Shown here in pieces: positions 28,491 to 39,699 of a DNA stretch of 64,000 bases. The notes under the pieces were generated by a model, which was not told the DNA's origin, ran no database searches, and saw only the letters and a program-made list of their open reading frames with translations. Where the stretch lies: contig WRKO01000001.1 in NCBI GenBank assembly GCA_009782215.1, forward strand, positions 149,064-213,063, written 5' to 3'. The position numbers were made by a program, and so were the translations under genes. Numbering within the stretch: the first letter of the stretch is position 1; each line of letters starts with the position of its first letter. The stretch is from Oscillospiraceae bacterium (GTDB taxonomy: Bacteria; Bacillota; Clostridia; Oscillospirales; UBA929).

Positions 28491-31114
28491 AATCGCTCCA
28501 GCTTTTCCCGCAGCGCCGCCAGCCGTTCCCGCTCGGCGGTCACGATTTTCTCCGGGGCCTTCTGCGTGAAACCGGGGTTGCTCAGCTTGGCTTCCAGCGC
28601 GTCGTATTCCTTTTGCGCGGCGGCGCGCGCTTTATCCAGCCGCGCCTTCTCGGCCTCGAGGTCAATCAGCTCGGCGAGGGGGAGATAGACGGTCGCGGCG
28701 GACGCGACGACGGCGACGGTCTGCGCGTCCTCGCAAAGGCCATCCGACCCCGCCCCTACGGGGATTACCGTGACGCCGCTTGCGCCGGCTAAAGCCCTGA
28801 AAATCTCCGCGTGGCTTTCAAACAGCTCGGCATACGGCGTTTCGACCGTCCACGCGGCCTTCTTCGACGGCGGAACCTTCATCTCGTTGCGCCTTGACCG
28901 CACGGCGCGGACGGCGTCCATCAGCAGCTCCGTCTGACCCGCCTCGTGGGTGAAGCGCAGGCGATCCTCCGGTTCGGGCCAGCGCGCGGTGACAAGGGCG
29001 GCGCCCTCCCTCAGCCCCTCCGGGAAGGACTGCCATATTTCCTCGGTGATATGCGGGGCGAACGGGTGGAGCAGGCGCAGGGCGGTTTCCAGCGCGTAGG
29101 CTAAGATTTGCTTGGTCGTGTCGGCGGCTTCGGGATTGCGGAGCTGTACCTTCGCCAGCTCGATATACCAGTCGCAGAAGTCGTCCCAGATGAAATCCAA
29201 CAGCTTCTGCGCCGCCAGATTCAGCTCATATCTGTCCAAATGCCCCGTCACGTCGTACACCAGCGCTTGGAGCTTGGTGCAAATCCACATGTCGGGCAGG
29301 GTGAGGCTGTCGGGCAGCGTCCAAGAGGCGGTATCGCCGATGCTGCCCAGCACAAACCGAGAGGCGTTCCACAGCTTGTTGCAGAAATTGCGGAAATGCT
29401 CGCAGCGTTCGGGGACAATCCGCATGTCGCCGCCTTGCAGGGTGGCCAGCGACGAGAGATACAGGCGAAGAGCGTCGGCGCCGTATTGCTCCACCATCTC
29501 CAGCGGATCCACGCCGTTGCCGAGAGATTTGCTCATCTTCCGCCCCTGAGCGTCGCGCAGCAGACCGTGCATATAGACGGTGTGGAACGGCTCCCTGCCG
29601 GTATGCTCGATGCCGGAAAAAATCATCCGCGCCACCCAGAGATAGATGATGTCATACCCCGTCACCAGTACGTCGGTGGGGTAGAAGCGGCGCAGGTCTT
29701 CCGTATCGCCCGGCCAGCCTAGGGTGGAGAAGGGCCAAAGGGCTGACGAAAACCATGTGTCCAGCACGTCGGGGTCTTGCGTGAGCGCGGTGGAGCGGCA
29801 ATGGGCGCAGCTCGCGGGGTCGTCGCGCAGCGCCATGACATGTCCGCAGGCGCCGCACGTCCACACCGGGATGCGGTGCCCCCACCAAATCTGGCGGGAG
29901 ACGCACCAGTCGCGCACGTTTTCAATCCAGTGGAGATAGAGCTTTTCAAACCGCTCCGGGACAAACACCGTCCGCCCCTCCTTGACGGCGGCGACGGCGG
30001 GCGCGGCCAGCTCCTTCATCGTGACAAACCACTGCTCGCTGGCCATCGGCTCGACGGCGCAATGGCAACGGGAGCAAGCGCCCACGTTGTGGATGTGCGG
30101 CTCGGTTTTGACCAGATAGCCGCCCGCCTCCAAATCGGCGACGACGGCCTTGCGGGCGTCTTCGCGGGTCAGACCGGCGTACTTGCCGCCGTTTTCGGTG
30201 ATGAAGCCCTTCTGATCCATGATGAGCAGCTCGGGCAGATTGTGGCGCTTGGCGACGTCGTAGTCGTTCGGGTCGTGGCAGGGCGTAATCTTCACGCAGC
30301 CGGTGCCGAACGCCCGGTCAACATATTCGTCGGCGACAATGGGGATTTCCCGCTCCATCAGCGGCAGGATGACTGTTTTGCCAATCAGATGGGCGTAGCG
30401 TTCATCCTCCGGGTGGACGGCGACGGCGGTATCGCCCAGCATGGTTTCGGGACGGGTGGTGGCGACCGTCAAATCACCGTATCGGATATGATACAGCTTC
30501 CCTTCCTGTTCCTCGTGTTCCACCTCGGTATCGCTCAGGGCGGTATGGCAGGTAACGCAGATGTTGGTGATGCGGCTGCCGCGGTAAATCAAGCCTTTTT
30601 CGTACAGCGTGACAAAGACCTCGCGCACGGCGCGGGACAGCCCCTCGTCCATCGTGAAGCGCAGTCTGTCCCAGTCGCAGGAAGCGCCCAGCTTTTTGAG
30701 CTGTTCGACAATGCGGCTGCCGTAGGTCTCCTTCCAGTCCCACACGCGCTTGATGAATTCGTCCCGCCCGAGGTCGAAGCGGGTCTTGCCCTCCGCCTCG
30801 CGCAGCTCTTCCTCCACCTTGATTTGCGTGGCGATGCCCGCGTGGTCGGTGCCGGGCAGCCAAAGGGTTTCGTAGCCGTCCATCCGCTTGTAGCGGATGA
30901 GGACGTCCTGCAAGGTGTTGTCGAGGGCGTGGCCGAGATGGAGCTGGCCGGTGACGTTGGGCGGGGGGATGACGATGGTGAACGGCGGGGCTTTCCCGGC
31001 CTTCCCTCGTTTGCCGTTCGGACAGGGCTTGAAAGCGCCGCTCTTTTCCCACATGGCGTAGATGGGCTGTTCCGTCTCGCTTGGCTGATATGCTTTGCCT
31101 AATTCTTTCGGCAT
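28487..31114 (-). CDS. valS: valine--tRNA ligase
   Basis: PPPNVTGQLHLGHAL (HIGH), KMSKSLGN, C-terminal coiled coil; ATG 31114 preferred (AAGGA 9 nt upstream), ORF opens at 31192. Confidence 0.95.
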   Translation of the reverse strand: MPKELGKAYQPSETEQPIYAMWEKSGAFKPCPNGKRGKAGKAPPFTIVIPPPNVTGQLHLGHALDNTLQDVLIRYKRMDGYETLWLPGTDHAGIATQIKVEEELREAEGKTRFDLGRDEFIKRVWDWKETYGSRIVEQLKKLGASCDWDRLRFTMDEGLSRAVREVFVTLYEKGLIYRGSRITNICVTCHTALSDTEVEHEEQEGKLYHIRYGDLTVATTRPETMLGDTAVAVHPEDERYAHLIGKTVILPLMEREIPIVADEYVDRAFGTGCVKITPCHDPNDYDVAKRHNLPELLIMDQKGFITENGGKYAGLTREDARKAVVADLEAGGYLVKTEPHIHNVGACSRCHCAVEPMASEQWFVTMKELAAPAVAAVKEGRTVFVPERFEKLYLHWIENVRDWCVSRQIWWGHRIPVWTCGACGHVMALRDDPASCAHCRSTALTQDPDVLDTWFSSALWPFSTLGWPGDTEDLRRFYPTDVLVTGYDIIYLWVARMIFSGIEHTGREPFHTVYMHGLLRDAQGRKMSKSLGNGVDPLEMVEQYGADALRLYLSSLATLQGGDMRIVPERCEHFRNFCNKLWNASRFVLGSIGDTASWTLPDSLTLPDMWICTKLQALVYDVTGHLDRYELNLAAQKLLDFIWDDFCDWYIELAKVQLRNPEAADTTKQILAYALETALRLLHPFAPHITEEIWQSFPEGLREGAALVTARWPEPEDRLRFTHEAGQTELLMDAVRAVRSRRNEMKVPPSKKAAWTVETPYAELFESHAEIFRALAGASGVTVIPVGAGSDGLCEDAQTVAVVASAATVYLPLAELIDLEAEKARLDKARAAAQKEYDALEAKLSNPGFTQKAPEKIVTAERERLAALREKLERL

Positions 31115-31162
31115 AGAACTCATTCCTTTACAGCGTGTCTGGCGCCGGGGCGCTCTTGGGGC

Positions 31163-31192
31163 ATTATAACATAATTCTTGTATTTTTGGCAA
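31163..31192 (-). promoter_or_regulatory. sigma-A type promoter for valS-folC
   Basis: Minus strand TTGCCA (31192-31187), 18-nt spacer, TG-n-TATAAT (31168-31163). Confidence 0.5.
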
Positions 31193-31225
31193 GCGTATGT
31201 TATTCTATGAGGAAGGGGGGACGTC

Positions 31226-31744
31226 ATGCCTCGTTACGGTTTTTCCGGGGAACCGGCGGATATGCGGAAGCTGGTTTTGCTGGTTTGCCGCACGATAGGG
31301 GAGCCTGTGGACGGACGGGAGCTGATTCGGCTTGCCCTCATCGACGAAAATTCCGATTACTTTCTCTTTGCCGACGCGCTTTCCGCCCTGCTGGAAAACG
31401 GCCTGCTGGAAAGAAAGGGCGAAGCCGTTTGTCTCTCCGCAAAGGGGGAGGAGACGGCGGCGGTTACCGAGAGAAGCCTTCCGGCCGCCCTGCGGCGCGC
31501 TGTCGCCGAGGAGAGCGCGGCGGCGCGGGAACGCCAGCTTCGCGGACGCTGCGTTTCGGCGGACGCTTTTGAAAATAAAGGCGCGGCCATCTTTTCCGGC
31601 ACGCTGACCGACGGCGCGGAGCTGTTGCTGGAGCTTACGCTGCAGGCGGGCGGCATGAAGCAGGCCGCCGCGCTGAAACGGCGCTTTGAAAAGGACGCGG
31701 AGCGCATTTTGCAAAGGATTTGGGAGGTTATGACGGAGGCATGA
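31226..31744 (+). CDS. hypothetical protein, DUF4364-like
   Basis: AGGAAGGGGGG SD; pattern LVLLVCRTIGEPVDGRELIRLAL..DYFLFADALSALLENGLL resembles DUF4364 from memory. Confidence 0.55.
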   Translation: MPRYGFSGEPADMRKLVLLVCRTIGEPVDGRELIRLALIDENSDYFLFADALSALLENGLLERKGEAVCLSAKGEETAAVTERSLPAALRRAVAEESAAARERQLRGRCVSADAFENKGAAIFSGTLTDGAELLLELTLQAGGMKQAAALKRRFEKDAERILQRIWEVMTEA

Positions 31745-32475
31745 AATTGCTGGTGCATGGCCGGACGGAGCCGGGCTTCAATCTGGCCTGCGAAGAATAT
31801 TTCCTCACGAAAACCGGCTTGGAACTGGATATATTCTGGCGCAACAGCCCGGTGGTGGTGGTCGGGCGCAACCAAGACGCGTTTGCCGAGGCCAGCGAGG
31901 ACTATCTGAAGGCCAACGGCATTGCCCTTGTCCGGCGGATGACCGGCGGCGGCGCCGTGTACCACGACCTTGGCAACATCTGCTACACCCATATCCGAGA
32001 CTACAACGGCCCCGTTGACTTCGCCAGATTCGCGCGGCCGATGGTCGAGGCCTTGCAAAGGCTGGGCGTGCCGGCTGAGTTTGCCGGGCGCAACGATATA
32101 CTGGCCGACGGGAAAAAGATAAGCGGTACGGCCGAAACCGTATGGAAAGGCCGCCTTCTGCACCACGGAACCCTGCTGTATGACGTGAGGATGGAGCATC
32201 TGACCGGCGTGCTGCGGGTGAGCGAGGAGAAATACGCGGGACGCGGCATCGCCTCGGTGGCGGCGCGGGTGACCAACATCCGCCCCCTGCTGCCGGACGC
32301 GCCGGATACGGAAGGGTTTATGGCGCGGCTGACGCGGGAATGGCCCCATTCGGAGCTGTACAGGCTGACGCGGGAGGATACGGAAGAAATCGAAAAGATA
32401 CGGGCCGGCGTTTATGAAAATCCCGGCTGGACACAGCATAAGAAACGCGAGCGGGGAGCGGCGTTCCCCGCGTAA
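31741..32475 (+). CDS. lipoate--protein ligase family protein (catalytic domain only, LplA/LipM-like)
   Basis: VVVGRNQ, RRMTGGGAVYHDLGN, GKKISGTAE (catalytic Lys), LHHGTLL motifs; 244 aa. Confidence 0.85.
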   Translation: MKLLVHGRTEPGFNLACEEYFLTKTGLELDIFWRNSPVVVVGRNQDAFAEASEDYLKANGIALVRRMTGGGAVYHDLGNICYTHIRDYNGPVDFARFARPMVEALQRLGVPAEFAGRNDILADGKKISGTAETVWKGRLLHHGTLLYDVRMEHLTGVLRVSEEKYAGRGIASVAARVTNIRPLLPDAPDTEGFMARLTREWPHSELYRLTREDTEEIEKIRAGVYENPGWTQHKKRERGAAFPA

Positions 32476-32493
32476 AGACAGGAGTGATATAAA

Positions 32494-33378
32494 ATGAAAT
32501 CCATAGCGATAAAATTCTTAAAGTTTATGTTATGCGTCGTGTTGTACGGGATTGTGTATATGCTTGCAATGGGGTTTATCCCCTTTTCACAGGCGTTTAC
32601 TGAAATATCCCGGCAAATAAGCGAAACTCAAACGATAGCATCAACGCTTACGATGTTATTGCCGATAATATGGAATTGCTTCACCGCTTATTTTATCATT
32701 CGGCACGCGAGTATAGGCGGAAAAAAGCTGTTTATTCGTCTGCTGTGCATGATGTTTTTCGTGGTGTATTTTGTGCCGCAGGCTTTGGGCGCGGAATCAG
32801 CCGATGCGCATGGTATGCCGTGGTATGATTTTATGCTAATCACGATACCGGGTCTGGTTTCATTATTGGCGACGATACCGCTGATGTTGAGGTTTTTCCA
32901 AGATAAAAACATGGTTGAAGCAGTTGGTGAACGCGAAAAACTCAAATTCAAAGATACGGCGATAAAAATAGGGCTTGGCGGGCTGATGGTCGCAGGCGTA
33001 TATATATTATTTTTACTTGCCGTGCAAAGGCGTTTCGAGGAATACCGTATGTTTTACGCAGACACCGCATGGATGCAAGCGGCGCACGGCGACAATACTG
33101 CCGGAATATTTTATCCGCTGTTTTCAATTCCGTTCTTTCGCGGGGTCATAAACGGTTTGCTTATACTTCCGTTGCTTACGATAATTACCAAAAGCAAGTT
33201 TGTGTTTACAACCGCTGTATGTTTAGTCGTCCTCGCCCCTGCGTTTGCTTTTATTGCGCCTAATCCACTGTTCCCTGATACAGTAAGGTTATTGCTCATG
33301 GCTTCAATGACAATCACAATGTTACTGCTTGGTATATTTACAGGGAATGTCATGTGGAGAAAAATAAAGGTTGAATAA
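32494..33378 (+). CDS. multi-pass membrane protein of unknown function on a low-GC single-gene island
   Basis: 294 aa, about 7-8 hydrophobic spans; three 60-nt lines counted at 40-47% G+C versus 68% in the adjacent lplA-like gene. Confidence 0.7.
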   Translation: MKSIAIKFLKFMLCVVLYGIVYMLAMGFIPFSQAFTEISRQISETQTIASTLTMLLPIIWNCFTAYFIIRHASIGGKKLFIRLLCMMFFVVYFVPQALGAESADAHGMPWYDFMLITIPGLVSLLATIPLMLRFFQDKNMVEAVGEREKLKFKDTAIKIGLGGLMVAGVYILFLLAVQRRFEEYRMFYADTAWMQAAHGDNTAGIFYPLFSIPFFRGVINGLLILPLLTIITKSKFVFTTAVCLVVLAPAFAFIAPNPLFPDTVRLLLMASMTITMLLLGIFTGNVMWRKIKVE

Positions 33379-33449
33379 GTACGAAACAAAAATCAAAATC
33401 CGCAGTCTGTCACAACACTGTCAACAAGCCTATTAGGAAGGGTGAGGAT

Positions 33450-34487
33450 ATGCGCGGGCTTAAAATGCTTATCCTGTGCGCGGCGATGGCCGCGCTGTGC
33501 GCCTGCGCGGGCGGCCCCCCGCCCTCCGAAACGCCGGACGCGCCGGAGGAGGATTTTGTCGTCATTGAGGATCTGGCGCTGGACTTGACGGAAATCAGGT
33601 ATCTGCTCATCACCGTGATAGACGATTACGCCCTCTTCCGCGACATCGAGCCGCATATGATTCTGTGGGACGGGCAGATTGCCGGTATCCCGGCGCGGCG
33701 GTATTTCCTTGACCGCGCCTTGGAAATGGCTGTGGCCGCGTATGTCACCCAAATCAAGGCCGCCGAGCTTGGCTACGCTCTGACCGAGGAGGAGGAAGAC
33801 GCCATAGACTGGGAAATCGCGATGGAGATTGACGCCAGAGGCGGGCGCGAAGCGCTCTTTGACAGCCCGAGGGAAGAGGAGGGCTACCGCTTCTACAGCT
33901 ACACCGTCCCGGCGCTCCGTGAGAAGATGCTGGACGATTTGTTCGGCCACGACGGGCCGTATCAGCTCAACGGGGCGGCTCTGTGGCAGTATTACCGGGA
34001 CAACTACATATCCGCCGCCTATATCTTTCTTTCCGGCACCGACCCGTACGGGGAGCCGCTGGGGGCGGATGATTTGCAGATTCAGAGGAGCGTGGCGGAC
34101 GCGCTGCGCCGCGCCGCCGCCGCCGCGGAGGATTACGAAGGCTTCTTTGAATTGGTGAGGGAGCATGACCAAAGCTATTATATGATGATTTACCCGACCG
34201 GGATGCCTGTGCCGCACGGGATGTTCGGGGAGGCGTTCGACGCGGCCCTGTCGGCGCTGGAAACCGGCATGGTCAGCGACGTTGTCGCCGCCGACGACGG
34301 GTTTTACATCATCCTGCGCCTCCCGGAGGATGTGGAATGGTTTGAGGACAACAGAGAATACATTTGGTACTACTGCGCCTACGAGGCCTTCTTTGACAAA
34401 ATTGAGGAATGGGGCAGGGAATTGAGCATTGCCGTGGGCGAAGGGTTTTGGAATCTGGATGTGCTGGAGGTGACTGCGGCGGGATGA
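33450..34487 (+). CDS. putative lipoprotein, PrsA/SurA-parvulin-like foldase (degenerate)
   Basis: Lipobox MAALCAC-AGG; C-terminal GMFGEAFDAALSALETGMVSDVVAADDGFYIILRL resembles the end of parvulin domains. Confidence 0.6.
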   Translation: MRGLKMLILCAAMAALCACAGGPPPSETPDAPEEDFVVIEDLALDLTEIRYLLITVIDDYALFRDIEPHMILWDGQIAGIPARRYFLDRALEMAVAAYVTQIKAAELGYALTEEEEDAIDWEIAMEIDARGGREALFDSPREEEGYRFYSYTVPALREKMLDDLFGHDGPYQLNGAALWQYYRDNYISAAYIFLSGTDPYGEPLGADDLQIQRSVADALRRAAAAAEDYEGFFELVREHDQSYYMMIYPTGMPVPHGMFGEAFDAALSALETGMVSDVVAADDGFYIILRLPEDVEWFEDNREYIWYYCAYEAFFDKIEEWGRELSIAVGEGFWNLDVLEVTAAG

Positions 34488-36496
34488 AAAGCATGATGTC
34501 GCCCGGAAACCGGATGTTTTTCATCCTGTTGATTGCCTTTGCGGCGACGACGGTGTATTTCGGCGCCGCGACGGTCAACGGCGCGCTGCTGGCCGCCGCC
34601 GCCGTGCAGATTGTCCTGATTGCCGCCGCCTCGCTGGTTTACCGCCGTCAGATGGTGAAACGGCGGCGCGGCATCGCGCGGTACATCGACCAACTGACCG
34701 CCAACATGGACGGGGCCGGGAAAGACAGCGCCGCCCACTGCCCCATCCCCATGCTGATTGTGAAGGTGGAGACGGGCGAGCTGATTTGGGCCAACGAGCC
34801 GTTTCACGCCGCCGCCGGGATGCGCGAGAGGTTTTTCTCGCACCGGCTGAGCGACGTTTTGCCGGATTTTGACTTCAAGTGGCTTTCCCATCCGGGGGGG
34901 ACGTCCTCCGCCGTTCTGCGCGGCAGGAGCTATGAGGTCTGCGGCAGCCTGATACGGCAGCCCGGCGGGCGTGACAGGCGGGAGTTGCTGGCGGCGCTTT
35001 ACTTCACCGACGTCACCGAGCTTGTGGGGCTTAGGCGGGAATACCGGCTTTCGCGCCCGGTGGTCAGCGTGGTGATGATTGACAACTACGACGAATGCGT
35101 CAAAAATCTGTCTGAATCGCAAAAGTCCGGCATCTTGGCCGCCGCCGACGATAAAATCACGGCATGGGCGGCGCCGTTCAACGGCTTGTTGCGCAAGTAT
35201 GACAGGGACAAATATCTGCTGCTCTTTGAGGAACGCGACTTGGCGGGCTTGGCGGAAAACCGCTTTTCGGTCTTGGACGACATACGCGCGGTCATTGGCT
35301 CCTCCGGCTTGCCGGTCACGCTCTCCATCGGCATCGGGCGGGACGGGGAAAGCTTTACGGAAAATTTTTCCTTCGCCCAGCTTGCCATTGACATGGCGCT
35401 TTCGCGGGGCGGCGACCAAGCGGTGGTGAAAAACCGCGTCACCTTTGACTTCTTCGGCGGACGGAGCAAAGAGGTGGAGAAGCGCACCAAGGTGAAAAGC
35501 CGCGTGGTGGCCTCCAGTCTTTCCCGCATCATCGGCGACTCGTCGTCTGTGTTTGTCATGGGCCACGCCTATTCGGACATCGACTCTCTGGGCGCCGCGG
35601 CCGGTGTGGTCTGCATCGCCCGCAAATGCGGCAAGCGCGCGCATATTGTCATCGACGAATCCAAGACGATGGCGTCGTCGCTGCTGGCCCGCATCCGGGA
35701 TCAGGAGGCGTACGCCGGGCTTTTCATCGACGAGCAAACCGCGCTGCTGTACGCCGACAACAAATCCCTCCTTGTGGTCGTTGACTGCAACCGCCCCGAA
35801 ATTGTGGAGTTTCCCGGCTTTCTGCGCTCGATGACCCGCGTCGCCGTAATCGACCATCACCGCCGCGCCGCCGACTACATCGACACCGCCCTGCTGGTCA
35901 TGCACGAGCCGTACGCGTCCTCGGCCAGCGAGCTGGTCTGCGAGCTGATTCAATATATCTGCCGCCACGGCGATTTGCTCCGGTGCGAAGCCGAAGCCAT
36001 GATGGCGGGCATTGTGTTAGACACCAAAGGGTTTACCATGCACACCGGGATGCGTACCTTTGAGGCGGCGGCCTTTCTGCGCGGGGCGGGCGCCGACCCG
36101 GTGGAAATCAAGCGCCTGTTTCAAAACGACATGCAGTCCTCCATCGAGCGGTATGAAATCATCACCAAAGCCCGCGCGGTTCGCAACGGGATTGCCGTCG
36201 CCGCGCTGGATCGGGAGACCGACCGCGCCATTGCCGCGCAGGCGGCCGACGAAATGCTGAACATCATCGGAATCGACGCCTCGTTTGTCCTCTACCGCTC
36301 CCGCACGGGGACGGATATATCCGGGCGGAGCTTGGATACCATCAATGTGCAGATGATTTTGGAAAAGCTGGGCGGCGGCGGGCATCAAACGGTCGCCGGG
36401 GCGCAGTTGAAGGACACCGGCGTGCCGCAGGCGCTGGAATTGCTGATACAGGTTATCAATCAATACTGTGACGAGATTGGAGTGGACGCGACATGA
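34484..36496 (+). CDS. gdpP: cyclic-di-AMP phosphodiesterase GdpP-like (DHH/DHHA1)
   Basis: Two N-terminal TMs, PAS-like and degenerate GGDEF-like regions, DHH (VIDHHRR) and GGGH (LGGGGHQT) motifs; conserved gdpP-rplI-dnaB synteny. Confidence 0.85.
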   Translation: MKSMMSPGNRMFFILLIAFAATTVYFGAATVNGALLAAAAVQIVLIAAASLVYRRQMVKRRRGIARYIDQLTANMDGAGKDSAAHCPIPMLIVKVETGELIWANEPFHAAAGMRERFFSHRLSDVLPDFDFKWLSHPGGTSSAVLRGRSYEVCGSLIRQPGGRDRRELLAALYFTDVTELVGLRREYRLSRPVVSVVMIDNYDECVKNLSESQKSGILAAADDKITAWAAPFNGLLRKYDRDKYLLLFEERDLAGLAENRFSVLDDIRAVIGSSGLPVTLSIGIGRDGESFTENFSFAQLAIDMALSRGGDQAVVKNRVTFDFFGGRSKEVEKRTKVKSRVVASSLSRIIGDSSSVFVMGHAYSDIDSLGAAAGVVCIARKCGKRAHIVIDESKTMASSLLARIRDQEAYAGLFIDEQTALLYADNKSLLVVVDCNRPEIVEFPGFLRSMTRVAVIDHHRRAADYIDTALLVMHEPYASSASELVCELIQYICRHGDLLRCEAEAMMAGIVLDTKGFTMHTGMRTFEAAAFLRGAGADPVEIKRLFQNDMQSSIERYEIITKARAVRNGIAVAALDRETDRAIAAQAADEMLNIIGIDASFVLYRSRTGTDISGRSLDTINVQMILEKLGGGGHQTVAGAQLKDTGVPQALELLIQVINQYCDEIGVDAT

Positions 36497-36945
36497 AGGT
36501 CATCCTGCAAGCCGACGTCAAGGGGCAGGGCAAAAAAGGCGCCTTAATCAACGTCTCCGACGGCTATGCCCGCAATTTCCTGTTCCCGCGCAAGCTGGCC
36601 GCCGAAGCGACGCCCGCGGCGCTGGCGGAGTATGAGCGCAACGAGAAAAGCAAGGCGGCGAAGCTCGACCGGGAGAAAGCCAAAGCGCGGGAGCTGGCGG
36701 ATTTGTTCAAGGGCAAAAGCGTTACGCTCAGCGCCAAAGGCGGCTCGGCGGGGCGGCTGTTCGGCTCTGTCTCCAACATAGAGGTGACGGAGGCGCTGAA
36801 CAAACAGTTCGGCGCGGACATCGACCGGCGCGACGTGGCGCTGGCGGAGCCGATTAAGCAGCAGGGGAGCTATACCGCCAAGGTCAAGCTGGGACACGGC
36901 GTGAGCGCCGAGGTCATCGTGGAGGTCAAGGTCACAGATGGATGA
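36493..36945 (+). CDS. rplI: 50S ribosomal protein L9
   Basis: [36 protein letters not shown]. Confidence 0.96.
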   Translation: MKVILQADVKGQGKKGALINVSDGYARNFLFPRKLAAEATPAALAEYERNEKSKAAKLDREKAKARELADLFKGKSVTLSAKGGSAGRLFGSVSNIEVTEALNKQFGADIDRRDVALAEPIKQQGSYTAKVKLGHGVSAEVIVEVKVTDG

Positions 36946-38266
36946 AATTCGCAAGCTGCCCCATAACGCGGAGGCGGAGCAGGCGGTCATCGGCTCGATG
37001 CTGCTTGACCCGAGCTGCGTCCACGAGGTCGTCGAGCTGGTTGGGCGCGAGGACTTCTATCTAACCGCGCACCAAAGCCTGTTTGACGCCCTCAACGCCA
37101 TGTTTCTCCAGAACGAAGCGGTGGATCCGGTCACGCTGATGGGAAAGATGCGGGAGCAGGGAACCTACGACGAGGCCTCCACCCGCGCCTATATCGGCCG
37201 ACTGCTCGATTTGACGCCCACGGCGGCGCATGTGAAGCATTACGCCGGCCTTGTCCGTGAGGCCGCCCTTCTCCGCAGGCTGGAAAACGCCGCGTCGGAG
37301 ATATCCCTGCAAGCGAGGGAACCGGGCGCGCAGGCGGAAGGGGTGCTGGAATACGCGGAAAAGAGCATCTACGATGTGCGCGAGGGCCGCGAGGCCGCCG
37401 CCCTTCACAGTATGCCGTCCGTTTTGATGGACGTTTATCAGGATTTGAAAAAGCTGGCCGAGTCGGGGGGCAAGCTGCCGGGCGTATCCTGCGGCATCAC
37501 CGCTTTGGACGAGATTTTGGGCGGCCTGCTCGACAACAACCTGATTATCGTCGCCTCAAGGCCGGGCGTGGGCAAGACCAGCATGATTCTCAATTTCGGC
37601 CTTCACGCCGCGCGGGTGAGCGGCAAGTCCGCGGTGTTTTTTTCCTTAGAAATGTCAAAAGAGCAGCTCGTGTCCCGCGTGCTGGCGGGACAGACCGGCA
37701 TCAACCTGCAAAAGCTGCGCGACGGAAATCTGTCCACCGGCGAATGGCAGCAGTTGGGCGAGGCGTCCGGGGCGCTGATGGGTCTGCCCTTCTGGATTTC
37801 CGAAACCCCCGCGATTACGGTGGAGTCCATCAAGGCAAAATGCCGCCGGGTGAAAAATCTGGGGTTGGTCATTGTGGATTATTTGCAGTTGGTTCAAGTG
37901 CCCAAGAGCAAGGAGCAGCGGTTTGAAAACAGGGTGAGCGAGGTCGGGCATATTTCGCGGAACTTAAAAATCATGTCCAAAGAGCTGGGCATTCCGGTCA
38001 TCTGCGCGGCGCAGTTGCGGCGTGAAGCCGAGCGCGGCAGCAGCAAGCGGCCGATGCTCAGTGATTTGCGCGAATCGGGCAACATTGAGCAGGACGCCGA
38101 CTCGGTCGTCCTCCTCCACCGCGAATACGCCAACAACCCGGACGCCGACCCCACCGCCGCCGAGTGCATCATCGCCAAAAACCGCCACGGGCGCACCGGC
38201 TTGGTGGAGCTGTTTTGGCGGGGCGACGTCACCACCTTCACGCAGAAAGACGCGTATTATGATTGA
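36938..38266 (+). CDS. dnaB: replicative DNA helicase
   Basis: [18 protein letters not shown]-terminus, Walker A (SRPGVGKTS), RecA-like C-domain ([20 protein letters not shown]). Confidence 0.96.
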   Translation: MDEIRKLPHNAEAEQAVIGSMLLDPSCVHEVVELVGREDFYLTAHQSLFDALNAMFLQNEAVDPVTLMGKMREQGTYDEASTRAYIGRLLDLTPTAAHVKHYAGLVREAALLRRLENAASEISLQAREPGAQAEGVLEYAEKSIYDVREGREAAALHSMPSVLMDVYQDLKKLAESGGKLPGVSCGITALDEILGGLLDNNLIIVASRPGVGKTSMILNFGLHAARVSGKSAVFFSLEMSKEQLVSRVLAGQTGINLQKLRDGNLSTGEWQQLGEASGALMGLPFWISETPAITVESIKAKCRRVKNLGLVIVDYLQLVQVPKSKEQRFENRVSEVGHISRNLKIMSKELGIPVICAAQLRREAERGSSKRPMLSDLRESGNIEQDADSVVLLHREYANNPDADPTAAECIIAKNRHGRTGLVELFWRGDVTTFTQKDAYYD

Positions 38267-39185
38267 CGGCTCGGTTCTCGCGGCTGTGTCCGGCGGCGCC
38301 GATTCCACCGCGATGCTGCATATGCTCGCGGCGGCGGGGGGCAAGGTCGTCGCGGCGCACTACAATCATGGCTTGCGCGAGGCGGCCGACGGGGACGAGT
38401 CGTTTGTCCAAGCCCTCTGCGGGCAATGGGGCGTGCCGTTTGTCAGCGAACGCGGGGCTGTGCCGTCCGGCGCGGGCGTTGAGGCGCGGGCGCGGGAACT
38501 GCGGTATGATTTTTTGGAGCGTGTCCGCGCCGGGCGCGGGCTGGACTGGATTGCCACCGCCCACACCGCCGACGACAACGCCGAGACGGCGATTATGAAC
38601 CTCACGCGGGGCGCGGGCCTGTCCGGGCTGTGCGGCATCCCGTACCGGCGAGGGCGCATCCTCCGCCCGATTCTGAGCCTGTCCCGGGAGGATGTGCTGG
38701 GCTATCTCGCCGAACGGGACATCCCGTACCGTAAGGACGAAAGCAACGACGACACCGCCTACCGGCGCAACTATATCCGCCATGAGGTCATCCCCGCGCT
38801 GAAAAGGGTCAACCCGTCGCTGACGGACGCCGTTACAAGGCTGACGGCCTCCCTGCGCGAGGACGAGGCGTATCTGACGGAGCTGGCGCAGGCGGAGCTT
38901 GACGCGCATACACCCTATCCCGCCAAGCGCCTGACCGGACTGCCCAAGCCCGTCGCGGCGCGCGTCTGCCGGCTGCTGGTGACGGACGCCGGAGGCGCCC
39001 CGCCGGAAAGGCTGCACGTCGAGGCGATGCTGGATATCGCGGCGGGCGGAAACGGGCGGAAACGGAATATGGCGGGCGGCTTGACAGCGGCGAAGAAAAA
39101 CGGTATGATAGTCGTTGAGAAGACAAACAGGAGGAATGATTGCTATGCACCCGGATTTGGAGAGGATACTGCTGACGGAGAATGA
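38259..39185 (+). CDS. tilS: tRNA(Ile)-lysidine synthase, short two-domain type
   Basis: PP-loop AAVSGGADSTAML; ATG 38259 overlaps dnaB stop; 308 aa. Confidence 0.88.
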   Translation: MIDGSVLAAVSGGADSTAMLHMLAAAGGKVVAAHYNHGLREAADGDESFVQALCGQWGVPFVSERGAVPSGAGVEARARELRYDFLERVRAGRGLDWIATAHTADDNAETAIMNLTRGAGLSGLCGIPYRRGRILRPILSLSREDVLGYLAERDIPYRKDESNDDTAYRRNYIRHEVIPALKRVNPSLTDAVTRLTASLREDEAYLTELAQAELDAHTPYPAKRLTGLPKPVAARVCRLLVTDAGGAPPERLHVEAMLDIAAGGNGRKRNMAGGLTAAKKNGMIVVEKTNRRNDCYAPGFGEDTADGE

Positions 39186-39687
39186 CATCGCCGCGCGCGT
39201 GCGCGAAATGGGCGCTGAAATCAGCCGGGACTACGAGGGGAAGGAGTTGCTGTTGGTCAGCGTTCTCAAGGGCTCGGTGATTTTCATGGCCGATTTGATG
39301 CGCTCCGTTTCCATCCCCGCGGCCATTGATTTTTTGGCCGTCAGCTCATACGGGATGGGGGAGAAAACCTCTGGCGTTGTGAAAATCAACATGGACTTAG
39401 GTCAGTCGGTGGAAGGAAAACATCTGCTGATTGTCGAGGATATCCTTGACAGCGGGATGACTTTGAGTTATATTAGAGACTTGTTAGGCGGAAGAAGCCC
39501 GGCGTCAATCCAAATCTGCACCCTGCTGGACAAGCCCGAGCGGCGCGCCAAGGGCGTGGCGGTCGATTGCCGGTATACAGGGTTTGTCATCCCGGACGCG
39601 TTTGTCGTCGGCTACGGATTGGATTTCGCTGAAAAGTACCGTAATTTACCGTATATCGGGGTATTATCGCCGCGAATGTACTGTTAA
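39145..39687 (+). CDS. hpt: hypoxanthine phosphoribosyltransferase
   Basis: LLIVEDILDSGMTLSY PRPP motif; tilS-hpt-ftsH synteny; ATG 39145 is 10 nt after AGGAGGA. Confidence 0.92.
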   Translation: MHPDLERILLTENDIAARVREMGAEISRDYEGKELLLVSVLKGSVIFMADLMRSVSIPAAIDFLAVSSYGMGEKTSGVVKINMDLGQSVEGKHLLIVEDILDSGMTLSYIRDLLGGRSPASIQICTLLDKPERRAKGVAVDCRYTGFVIPDAFVVGYGLDFAEKYRNLPYIGVLSPRMYC

Positions 39688-39699
39688 GGAAGTGAAGCA

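Noticed and set aside
31115-31225. I looked for a T-box leader upstream of valS, as is common in Firmicutes.
   Set aside because: Only about 50 nt lie between the predicted -10 (31163-31168) and the start, and the whole divergent intergenic region is 111 nt. That is too short for a T-box, and no specifier or T-box sequence was seen.
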